Assembly (NCBI GenBank): GCA_963767925.1
Contig: CAVYGB010000010.1
Span: 864,001-928,000, forward strand
Reading direction: 5' to 3'
DNA: 64,000 nucleotides
From: an uncultured delta proteobacterium
GTDB lineage: Bacteria > Myxococcota_A > Polyangia > Fen-1088
Shown here one piece after another: positions 47,958 through 55,734 of this stretch. The notes under the pieces are model-generated. The model was not told the DNA's origin, made no database searches, and was given only the letters and a program-made list of their open reading frames with translations. The position numbers were made by a program, and so were the translations under genes. Position 1 is the stretch's first letter, and the number at the start of each line of letters is the position of its first letter.

Positions 47958-48956
47958 ATGGCGAGCAAGAAGGACCAAGAAGCGGGCACGGATGCGGCCC
48001 AGGAGGCCGCGGCCACGCGGCTGTCGGCCACCGGACGCAACGACGTGTGCCCGTGTGGGTCGGGCAAGAAGTACAAGAAGTGCCACCTGCAGGCCGACGA
48101 GGCGGCGGCCACCCCCCCGGCCGGCCCGCCCGATCCCCTCGAGCGGGTGCAGGCCGGCTGGCGGATGTTCGAGCAGCGGCGGCCCGGGGCGGCCGAGAAG
48201 GAGTTCCGGGCGGCGCTGGCCCTCCAGCCGGGCCTGGCCGAGGCGGAGGTAGGGGTGGGGCTGGCCCGGCTGTCGTCGGGTGACCAGGCGGGCGCCCGCG
48301 AGGCGCTGTCCTCGGTGGTCAAGGGGGGCGAAGCGGTGCTGGCCGGGCTCCGCAAGGAGGGCGTCACCGACGCCTTCTCCCGCAAGGAGGCCCAGCCTGT
48401 CGTGCGGGCCTGCCACGCCCTCGGCTGTCTGGCGGTCGATCAGGAGCGCTTCGACGACGCCCTGGTGGACCTCGAGCGGGTGTACGCCGTCGACAACGGG
48501 CCGGTGGGGACGGAGGCCCGCCTGGTGGCGGGCAAGACCCTCATCAAGCTCGCGCGCCACGCCGACGCCGTCCCCCTGTTCGAGGAGGCGGCCCGCTCGG
48601 CGAGCGGTCCGGGGCGGGCCAACATGGGCCTCACCCTGGCCCACCTGCTGGCCGGCAACCAGGCCGCTGCCGCCGCCGCGCTCGACGAGGCGCTGGAGGC
48701 CAACCCCTTCTTCGCCAAGGCGGTGCTGGGGCAGATCCGCAAGCAGGTGGACAACCCCCTGGCGGCCTCGCCGGGCACCCGGGAAGAGGCGGCGCTGTAT
48801 GCGCAGACCTACGGCGATGTGTGGGACGACGCCGCCCGCGACAAGCTGGTCGCCCTCCTCGACGACCGCGACGCCGGCCGCCCGGCCGGTTCCGGCGAGG
48901 CACCAGCCGAAGCGCCCGCTGGCGCTCCGACCCCGGATCAGCCGAGCTCGACCTGA
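47958..48956 (+). CDS. SEC-C motif and TPR protein
   Basis: GRNDVCPCGSGKKYKKCH followed by TPR-like helices. Confidence 0.85.
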   Translation: MASKKDQEAGTDAAQEAAATRLSATGRNDVCPCGSGKKYKKCHLQADEAAATPPAGPPDPLERVQAGWRMFEQRRPGAAEKEFRAALALQPGLAEAEVGVGLARLSSGDQAGAREALSSVVKGGEAVLAGLRKEGVTDAFSRKEAQPVVRACHALGCLAVDQERFDDALVDLERVYAVDNGPVGTEARLVAGKTLIKLARHADAVPLFEEAARSASGPGRANMGLTLAHLLAGNQAAAAAALDEALEANPFFAKAVLGQIRKQVDNPLAASPGTREEAALYAQTYGDVWDDAARDKLVALLDDRDAGRPAGSGEAPAEAPAGAPTPDQPSST

Positions 48957-49063
48957 TCTGCGCTGCCGTTCCGATGACGGGCAGTGACAATCCGCTGGTT
49001 TTGAGGGAAAATAGGGCTGGGCGGCGGTCCGCGAAGCCGTTCGCGGACGCCCCCCAGAGGACC

Positions 49064-49441
49064 ATGCCCCCCAGCCAGCCCAGCCAACCAAACCCCCGCG
49101 ACCGCCGCGCGTCCCGCCGGAACCCGGTTCAGGTCAAGCTGTCCGTGTCGGACATGCGGGGCAGCTTCGTCGCCCGCACGGTCGACGTCAGCAGGGGCGG
49201 CCTGTTCGCGGCGACGAGCGAGATCCGGGCGGTGGGCTCGCTGCTGCGGATGCGGGTCGTCGGTCCCCGGGGCGAGTCGGTGCTCGCCGTCGGCGTGGTG
49301 GTCCGCTGCTTCGAGAACGTCGAGACGCAGGGGGATGGTCCCGGGTCGCCCGGGATGGCCATCGCCCTGACCTCGACCAGCGAGGCCTGGGACCGCTTCT
49401 GGGACGACGTCAACGCGACCGACGACGAGGGCGATTCTTGA
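49064..49441 (+). CDS. PilZ domain protein
   Basis: RASRR (RxxxR) and DVSRGG (DxSxxG) c-di-GMP-binding motifs. Confidence 0.8.
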   Translation: MPPSQPSQPNPRDRRASRRNPVQVKLSVSDMRGSFVARTVDVSRGGLFAATSEIRAVGSLLRMRVVGPRGESVLAVGVVVRCFENVETQGDGPGSPGMAIALTSTSEAWDRFWDDVNATDDEGDS

Positions 49442-49869
49442 GCGCGGGGGGCGGCGCGCGCTTCCCGGTCTCCTCCGAGAAAGCCGCCGCCCTGGAGCGG
49501 CGGCTCGCGGGGCTGGGCATCCGGGAGCAGGACCTGCAAGAGAGCTTCGTCGCCTCGGGCGGCAAGGGCGGTCAGAACGTCAACAAGGTGGCCACCTGTG
49601 TGGTCCTCCTGCACGGCCCCTCGGGCACCCAGATCAAGTGCCAGAAGGCCCGCACCCAGGGACTGAACCGCTACCTCGCGCGCCAGCTCCTCGCCGACCG
49701 GATCGAGAGCGCCAAGCTCGGCGCAAAGGCGGCCCGCGAGCAGGAGATGGAGAAGATCCGCCGGCAGAAGCGGCGCCGCTCGCGCCGGGCCAAGGCCAGG
49801 ATGCTCGACGACAAGAACGCCGTCGGCAAGAAGAAGGCCCTCCGCGCCTCCCCCCGCCGCGACGACTGA
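49438..49869 (+). CDS. Short GGQ-domain peptide release factor homolog (C12orf65/mtRF-R- or ArfB-like)
   Basis: SGGKGGQNVNKVATCVVLLHGPSG...CQKARTQGLNR and a basic C-terminal tail; no codon-recognition domain. Confidence 0.88.
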   Translation: MSAGGGARFPVSSEKAAALERRLAGLGIREQDLQESFVASGGKGGQNVNKVATCVVLLHGPSGTQIKCQKARTQGLNRYLARQLLADRIESAKLGAKAAREQEMEKIRRQKRRRSRRAKARMLDDKNAVGKKKALRASPRRDD

Positions 49870-49943
49870 CGGGCGCCGGGCGGAGCGGGCGCGCGGGACC
49901 CTCCCTCACGGCACCGAACGATTCGATCCGCGAACGCCGGAGG

Positions 49944-49986
49944 CCCTTCACCTCTCTGCCGCGGGGCGAGGGCGAACGGACAGCGG
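49944..49986 (+). repeat. Degenerate REP-like element
   Basis: CCCTTCACCTCTCTGCCGCGGGGCGAGGGCGAACGGACAGCGG shares its 3' part with the copies at 4332 and 4454. Confidence 0.7.
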
Positions 49987-50772
49987 TCAATCAATCTCGT
50001 TGATGCAGCGGCCGTTGTAGCAAAACTGGCCTTCGCTGCACATGACCGCGGCGCAGGGGTCGCCGGGGGGCGGGGTGATGATTGGCGGGCCGGCGTCGGC
50101 CGGCTCGATCGACGTATCGGGGGCGGCGTCGGTGGGCTCGGGCTGGGCGTCGGCGGCGCCCGCGTCGGGACGGCAGGCGTCGCCGGTGACCGAGACCGAC
50201 TTGAGGCGGACCACCGGGCGCAGCAGCCACTCGTCGCCCGCACCCGCGCCCTTGGGGTGGACGTGGATCGACTTCTTGCCGTCGAAGTCGAGGGTCACGT
50301 GGCCGACGTCGCAGGCGGTCCAGTCGAAGCCGCCTTTGATCTTGATGCCGGACTGGGTGCCGGAGGGGACGGTGAGCGGGTGGCGTGCTCCGTCGGGCGT
50401 GGTCACGTAGTTGGGGCCATCCTCCTTCACGTACAGGCGGAGCTGCGTGATCTTGCCGCCCGGGAAGTCGACAACCCCGAGCTGGGCGAAGGTGCCGCCC
50501 TGGAGCTTCAGCAGATCGATGGTCGCGGTCTCCTCGGCCAGCACCCGCCAGCCGCCGCCGCCGGCGACGTGGGCCTCGACCCGGGTGATGGTCACGACGA
50601 TCTCCTTCACCTCGTCGGCGGGGGCGTCGACCAGCCGCAGCTCCATCCGTCCGCCCTGCCCGCCGCCCGCGCGCGCGCCCCCCGGATCGCCGCCGGGGTC
50701 GGCGCAGCCGCCCCAGACCGACAGGAGCCCCACCAGCACAACCGATTGGTAACCACACCGATCTCGCTTCAT
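49987..50772 (-). CDS. DUF4382 domain lipoprotein with Cys-rich tail
   Basis: Lipobox WGGC; LRLVDAP..V.EIVVTI..VE, IDLLKL, LTVPSG.QSGIKI, TLDFDGKKSI, LRPVVR. Confidence 0.85.
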   Translation of the reverse strand: MKRDRCGYQSVVLVGLLSVWGGCADPGGDPGGARAGGGQGGRMELRLVDAPADEVKEIVVTITRVEAHVAGGGGWRVLAEETATIDLLKLQGGTFAQLGVVDFPGGKITQLRLYVKEDGPNYVTTPDGARHPLTVPSGTQSGIKIKGGFDWTACDVGHVTLDFDGKKSIHVHPKGAGAGDEWLLRPVVRLKSVSVTGDACRPDAGAADAQPEPTDAAPDTSIEPADAGPPIITPPPGDPCAAVMCSEGQFCYNGRCINEID

Positions 50773-50780
50773 GGCCGATC

Positions 50781-50806
50781 AACGAGCCAGCCCGGCCGGG
50801 GATACA
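50781..50806 (-). promoter_or_regulatory. Putative ECF promoter copy 3
   Basis: TGTATCC-N14-TCGTT, 8 nt before the DUF4382 ATG. Confidence 0.6.
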
Positions 50807-50828
50807 GGGGCGCGGGTGGGTGCGGTGG

Positions 50829-51617
50829 CTACCGGCGGCCGCGGTTGGGGTTGGGGCCCCGTCCCGGCGGCTCGGCGGGCGGACCCTTGGCCCCCGCCTG
50901 CTTCTTGAGCTGGCCGGGCGGCACGAAGCCCTCCTTGCGCGCGGCCTCGCTAACGCCGCGGTTGCCCGGGCCGCCGGCCTTGCCGCGCCCGTCGGCGGCC
51001 GCCCGGCTGCCGGCCTGCTCGAGCGATCCGCCTCCCTGCATCCCCCGGGTGATCGCCTCGAGCGATTCGCCGTGGCTCAGCGCCTGCTCGCGCCGCAGGA
51101 CCTCGAGCGTGGCCGGCAGCCGGCCGACCGCCGCCGGATCGCGGGCCAGCACCTCTTTCACGAGGCCGCCGGCGCGCGCGCTGGGGTAGCCGCGCAGGGC
51201 CAGGTCGGTGATCACCTCGACCGCCCGGGCGGTCTCGGCGGGCGCCCGGCCGCCGCGGACGACAGGGTCGGCAGCGGCGAGGTCGACCCCGGCCAGGCGC
51301 GCCTCGGCGAGGGCCCGGAGCAGATCGGGCGCGTGGGGCCCATCGGGGCGCCGCTCGGCGAGGAAGGTGCGCGCGCTGGCCAGGTTGTCGGCGAGGCGGC
51401 CGGCCGCCTGGGCGATCCGCTCCGGCGGCACCCCCTTGGCCAGGCCCTCGCGCACCTTGCTGACGACGATCTCGGCGGGGAGGCCGGCGGCGGCCAGGCG
51501 CTGCACCACCTCCTCGAGGCGCGGGCGCACCGGCTCGAGCCGCGGATCGGACGGAAGGACGGCGGCCTGGGCCAGCCCCAGGGCCAGGACGAGCTTCACG
51601 GTGGTTGTTGCCAGCAT
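50829..51617 (-). CDS. Secreted helical-repeat protein of unknown function
   Basis: Signal peptide; GLPAEIVVSKVREGLAKGVP; C-terminal PPGQLKK motif. Confidence 0.75.
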   Translation of the reverse strand: MLATTTVKLVLALGLAQAAVLPSDPRLEPVRPRLEEVVQRLAAAGLPAEIVVSKVREGLAKGVPPERIAQAAGRLADNLASARTFLAERRPDGPHAPDLLRALAEARLAGVDLAAADPVVRGGRAPAETARAVEVITDLALRGYPSARAGGLVKEVLARDPAAVGRLPATLEVLRREQALSHGESLEAITRGMQGGGSLEQAGSRAAADGRGKAGGPGNRGVSEAARKEGFVPPGQLKKQAGAKGPPAEPPGRGPNPNRGRR

Positions 51618-52915
51618 CAGCGCGTCGGACGCTCCCCGGGATGATACGACTGGCCCTGCCCTCCGGATACAGCGGCCCCGCGCGGCGACCCGGGCGGGCT
51701 CCCGCCAGCCGCCGGCGGCACGTCCACCACCCCGTCCTGGCCGCCGAACCCGTCGGGCGCGTAGCGCGGCGCCTCGGGCGGCCGACGCGCCTCCCCGTCG
51801 ACGAGGAAGTGGTAGCGGTGGCTACCTGGCGGCAGATCGATCCAGATCTCGTGCAGCCCCGCCTCCCGGGTGGCGCGCAGCGCCCGGCCCGGGGCCTGCC
51901 AGTCGTCCCAGGATCCGACAACCGCCACCGCGGCGCCGGGGGCCCACAGCCGGAAGCGCACCCGCCCCGGCTCCACCCGCGGGCGCTGGTCCCGCTCGGG
52001 CGGAGGGGCGGCGGCGGGCCGGGCGCCGCTGGCGCGGACGACCGAGCCGAGCGCGAAGACCCGGCGGGCGTAGTCCCGGGTGGCGCCGACCGAGACCGGG
52101 ACGGTGAGGTCGGCGCCCGCATACACCTGCAGGTGGGGGCCGAGCGCCAGGCGCACCTCGAGGTGGCCGCCAGCGTGGCTCTCGCCGCTGCTGCCGAGCT
52201 GGAGGCGGCCGAGCCAGGCCCCCGCCGAGGCCGACAGCGACCCGGCGAGGAGGTCGGCGGCGAGACCGCCGCGCAGGCGCGAGAACACCGCCTCCGCGGC
52301 GCCGCCGAGCGGCCGCACCCGCACGAACGAGGCGCGGGGTCCCACCTCGAGCCCGGGACGGACCCGCGCCGGGGCCTCCGCCGCTACCGCCTGCAGGCGA
52401 TCGGCGCTGGCCCGGTCGGGCCCCAGCCAGCGGTGCTCGCCCCGGTAGCGGAGCCGCAGGCGCCAGGTCTCGCCGAGCGGGAGGCGCGCGCCCACCTCGC
52501 CCCCCGCGAACCGGAAGTGGTCCTCGGGGAACCGGCTGGCGTCGAAGCGACCGGCGGCCGCCGCCAGGTGCAGGTGGACCGGACCGAGCGCGGGCAGGAG
52601 CAGGGCGAGCGTGCCCTCCTGGTGGGCGAGGCGCCCGACCTGCGCGGCCTGGCGGAGATCGCCGGCATAGCTGGCCTCGAGGCGGAGGCCCCCGATGGGC
52701 AGGGCGCCGGTCAGCCCGGGCGAGACCGCCCCGAACCAGCCGCCGAGCCGGAGCAGGGGCTGGGCGGCGAGCGGCGCGCTCGCCAGGAACAGGTTGTCGT
52801 CGTGCCCGGCGGCGAGCTCGACCGACACGCTGCCCGACGGCGCGGCCGCGGCCGGCGGCAGGCCAATCGCCACACCCACCCCCACCACGCCCATCAGCCC
52901 ACGCGCGCCGAGCAC
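51617..52915 (-). CDS. Putative outer-membrane beta-barrel with C-terminal glycogen-binding (CBM48/AMPK) domain
   Basis: Signal peptide, GHDDNLF barrel start, amphipathic beta-strands; VRFRLWAPGAAVAVVGSWDDW...LPPGSHRYHFLVDG...DGFGG. Confidence 0.7.
   Translation of the reverse strand: MLGARGLMGVVGVGVAIGLPPAAAAPSGSVSVELAAGHDDNLFLASAPLAAQPLLRLGGWFGAVSPGLTGALPIGGLRLEASYAGDLRQAAQVGRLAHQEGTLALLLPALGPVHLHLAAAAGRFDASRFPEDHFRFAGGEVGARLPLGETWRLRLRYRGEHRWLGPDRASADRLQAVAAEAPARVRPGLEVGPRASFVRVRPLGGAAEAVFSRLRGGLAADLLAGSLSASAGAWLGRLQLGSSGESHAGGHLEVRLALGPHLQVYAGADLTVPVSVGATRDYARRVFALGSVVRASGARPAAAPPPERDQRPRVEPGRVRFRLWAPGAAVAVVGSWDDWQAPGRALRATREAGLHEIWIDLPPGSHRYHFLVDGEARRPPEAPRYAPDGFGGQDGVVDVPPAAGGSPPGSPRGAAVSGGQGQSYHPGERPTR
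51645..51671 (-). promoter_or_regulatory. Putative ECF promoter copy 2
   Basis: TGTATCC-N15-TCGTA. Confidence 0.65.
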
Positions 52916-52963
52916 CCCTTCCAGGTTACCCGAGGCGAGCCGGCTCCGGACAGCCGCCCGGGA

Positions 52964-53515
52964 TCACAGCCGCAGGACGGCGTTGGTTCGGCCGAAGCCG
53001 TCGGGGCGGGTCTCGGCGGCGGCGGGATCGGTCATCCAGACGCCGTCGACAAGGAACATGTATTCGTGGTGGCCCCGGGGGACCGGCACCGTGGCCACGA
53101 AGCTGCCCTGCCCGTCCTGATCGACGAGCACGGTCTGCTGCGGATCCCAGGCGTTGAAGTCGCCCGCCAGCGAGACGCTGCGCGCCCCTCGCGCCGACAG
53201 GACGAAGCGGACCAGCACCACCTCGCGGGGTACGGCGGCCGGCGGCGCCGGCGCCACCGCGATCGGATCCGGCGCTGGCAGGAGGGAAGCGACGGCGAGG
53301 ACGAGGCCGGCGGCGCCCGCCAGCAGCAGGGCGCCCAGGGGGGAGACCCGCACCTCCAGGCGGCGGGGCCGGCGCAACCAGCGCCAGAGGCTGAACGGGC
53401 GGGGCTCGGCGATCCGCTGCATCACCGCCGGGACCAGCGCGGGCGGCGGCGCGACGTCCCGCAGGGCGGACAGCCCGGCCATCGGGGCCTCGGGGTCGTC
53501 CATCGGAGGTCTCAT
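52964..53515 (-). CDS. Putative membrane anti-sigma factor with extracytoplasmic glycogen-binding (CBM48/AMPK) domain
   Basis: APPPALVPAVMQRI anti-sigma-like helix, one TM, then VRFVL..GARSVSLAGDFNAW..HEYMFLVDG.WMTDP..DGFGRTNAVL; ATGA overlap with the sigma gene. Confidence 0.75.
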   Translation of the reverse strand: MRPPMDDPEAPMAGLSALRDVAPPPALVPAVMQRIAEPRPFSLWRWLRRPRRLEVRVSPLGALLLAGAAGLVLAVASLLPAPDPIAVAPAPPAAVPREVVLVRFVLSARGARSVSLAGDFNAWDPQQTVLVDQDGQGSFVATVPVPRGHHEYMFLVDGVWMTDPAAAETRPDGFGRTNAVLRL

Positions 53516-54132
53516 CGCGGCTTCTCCTCGAGCAGGTCGCGCAACATGGCCCGGGCGCGCACCACCCGGATCTTCAACGTGGTCAGGGGCAAGCGCAAGA
53601 TGGCCTGGATCTCCTCGTAGGACAGCTCCTCGACGTCCTTGAGCACCAGCACCTCGCGGTACTTCGGGGGCACCTGCAGGAGGGCCCGCTCGATCCGGCT
53701 GCGGGCGCGCGCCACCTCCAGGTTGGCCTCGGGGTCGCGCAGGTCGTGGGCGAACATGGCCTCGCTGGCGGCCACCTCGGCCGACAGCGGCGCCTCGGTG
53801 CGCTGCTTCGACTTGAGGACGTCCTTGCAGCGGTTGACCGCGATCCGGATGACCCAGGTGGAGAACGCGTTCTTGCGCCCCTCGCCGCGGAAGCGATCGA
53901 GGGCGGCGTAGGCATCGACGAAGGCCTGCTGGGCGACGTCCTCGGCGTCGGCGCGGCTGCCGAGCATGCGCAGGGCGACCGAGAAGACGACCCGCTGGTG
54001 GCGCTGCACAAGCGGGCGGTAGGCCTCGCTCTCGCCGGCCAGACAGCGCGCGACGAGCGCGTCCTCCTCGCCGGCCGGGGCGCCGACGGGGACGGGGGCG
54101 GCGGGCAGCGAGAGCGCGGTGGTTCCAGTCAC
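53512..54132 (-). CDS. ECF RNA polymerase sigma factor
   Basis: AEDVAQQAF, FSTWVIRIAVNRC (region 2), LSYEEI..IL.LPLTTLKIRVVRARAML (region 4). Confidence 0.92.
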   Translation of the reverse strand: MTGTTALSLPAAPVPVGAPAGEEDALVARCLAGESEAYRPLVQRHQRVVFSVALRMLGSRADAEDVAQQAFVDAYAALDRFRGEGRKNAFSTWVIRIAVNRCKDVLKSKQRTEAPLSAEVAASEAMFAHDLRDPEANLEVARARSRIERALLQVPPKYREVLVLKDVEELSYEEIQAILRLPLTTLKIRVVRARAMLRDLLEEKPR

Positions 54133-54143
54133 CTCGCTGTCGT

Positions 54144-54170
54144 TACGACCGGAGCGGTCCCCTGGATACA
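54144..54170 (-). promoter_or_regulatory. Putative autoregulatory ECF promoter copy 1
   Basis: TGTATCC-N15-TCGTA directly upstream of the sigma GTG. Confidence 0.7.
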
Positions 54171-54250
54171 CGGTATTTCATCGACGGGCGGCGGCGGGGG
54201 CTTCAAGCGGCGCGGCGCGAGAGAGGCGGATCTGGTAGACCTGCCCCCAC

Positions 54251-55237
54251 ATGCGCGCTGTCGTCTACAACCGCTTCGGCAATCCCCGGGACGTCCTGAC
54301 GACCGAGGAGCGGCCCATGCCCGAGCCGGGGCCCGGCCAGGTGCGGCTCGCCCTGATCCAGTCGCCCGTCCACAACCACGACCTCTCCACCGTGCGTGGC
54401 AACTACGGCATCAAGCCGCCCCTGCCGGCGATCGGCGGGACCGAGGCGCTGGCCACCGTCGATCGGCTGGGGCCCGACGTGACCCACCTGTCGGTGGGGC
54501 AGCGGGTCTGCGTGATGACCCAGGGGGTGTGGGCGGAGTGTTTCCTGGCGAAGGCGGCCAGCGCCGTCCCGGTGCCCGCCTCGCTGTCCGAGGAGGCGGC
54601 CTGCCAGCTCCTGGCCATGCCCCTCAGCGCCTACCTGCTGCTCGACGACCTCGAGGTGAAGGCCGGCGACTGGATCATCCAGAACGCGGCCAACGGCGCC
54701 GTGGGCCGGCTGATCGACACCCTGGCCCGGCAGCGGGAGATCAACGTCGTCAACCTCGTGCGACACCAGAAGAGCGCCGACGCGCTCGCGGCCGAGGGGG
54801 TGAAACACGTGCTGGCGACCGAGGAGGGGCCCGGCAACGGCTGGACCGCGCAGGTGGCCGGGCTGACCGGCGGCGCGCCGGTGCTGCGGGCGGTGGACTC
54901 GGTGGGAGGCAAGAGCGCCAGCGAGCTGCTCGAGCTGCTGGCGCCGGGCGGGACCCTCATCTCCTTCGGGGCCATGGGCGGGCAGCCCCTGGCGATCGAC
55001 CCGGGACAGCTCATCTTCAAGGGCAAGACGGTGAAGGGCTTCTGGGCGACGGCGCGCACCGAACGCAGCAGCACCGCCGACCGGGTGCGCATGATCGGCG
55101 ACGTGATCCAGAAGGTCGCCAGCGGCGCCCTGCCCTTGCGGGTGGCCGCCACCTTCGATCTGGCCCGGGTCGGCGAGGCGGTCGCCGCCAGCGACAGCGC
55201 CGGGCGAGGCGGCAAGATCGCCCTCCGGCCGGCCTGA
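54251..55237 (+). CDS. MDR family NAD(P)H oxidoreductase (enoyl-thioester / quinone reductase-like)
   Basis: SPVHNHDL..VRGNYG, GGTEA, IQNAANGAVG, VDSVGG, VKGFW. Confidence 0.9.
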   Translation: MRAVVYNRFGNPRDVLTTEERPMPEPGPGQVRLALIQSPVHNHDLSTVRGNYGIKPPLPAIGGTEALATVDRLGPDVTHLSVGQRVCVMTQGVWAECFLAKAASAVPVPASLSEEAACQLLAMPLSAYLLLDDLEVKAGDWIIQNAANGAVGRLIDTLARQREINVVNLVRHQKSADALAAEGVKHVLATEEGPGNGWTAQVAGLTGGAPVLRAVDSVGGKSASELLELLAPGGTLISFGAMGGQPLAIDPGQLIFKGKTVKGFWATARTERSSTADRVRMIGDVIQKVASGALPLRVAATFDLARVGEAVAASDSAGRGGKIALRPA

Positions 55238-55248
55238 GGAGGTAGGCG

Positions 55249-55686
55249 ATGCGCATCGCCATCGGCTCGGACCACGCGGGGTTCCGCTACAAGACGCTCA
55301 TCGCCCGCGAGCTCGCGGCGCGCGGGCACCAGGTCGTCGACTTCGGGACCGACTCGGAGGCAGCGGTCGACTACCCCCTGTTCATCCGCCCGGTGGCCGA
55401 GGCGGTGGCGCGGGGGGAGTTCGAGCGGGGGGTCGTGCTCGGCGGCTCGGGCAACGGCGAGGCCATCGTGGCCAACCGGGTGCCGGGCATCCGCGCGGTG
55501 GTGGCCTGGCACGTGGACTCGGCCCGGGCCGGGCGGGCCCACAACGACAGCAACGTGCTCGCGCTGGGCCAGCGCTTCGTCGCCGAGCAGGACCTGCCGG
55601 CCATCCTCGCCGCCTGGCTCGACACGCCCTTCGAGGGTGGCCGCCACCAGCGCCGCATCGACCAGATCGACGCACCTCCGCGCTGA
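55249..55686 (+). CDS. rpiB: Ribose-5-phosphate isomerase B
   Basis: IAIGSDHAG, VDYP, GGSGNGE, RAHNDSNVL, FEGGRHQRRI. Confidence 0.95.
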   Translation: MRIAIGSDHAGFRYKTLIARELAARGHQVVDFGTDSEAAVDYPLFIRPVAEAVARGEFERGVVLGGSGNGEAIVANRVPGIRAVVAWHVDSARAGRAHNDSNVLALGQRFVAEQDLPAILAAWLDTPFEGGRHQRRIDQIDAPPR

Positions 55687-55734
55687 GCGACCCACTCAAG
55701 CCCGCGCCGCCACCCACCGAGGTGGGTGCGGCGG

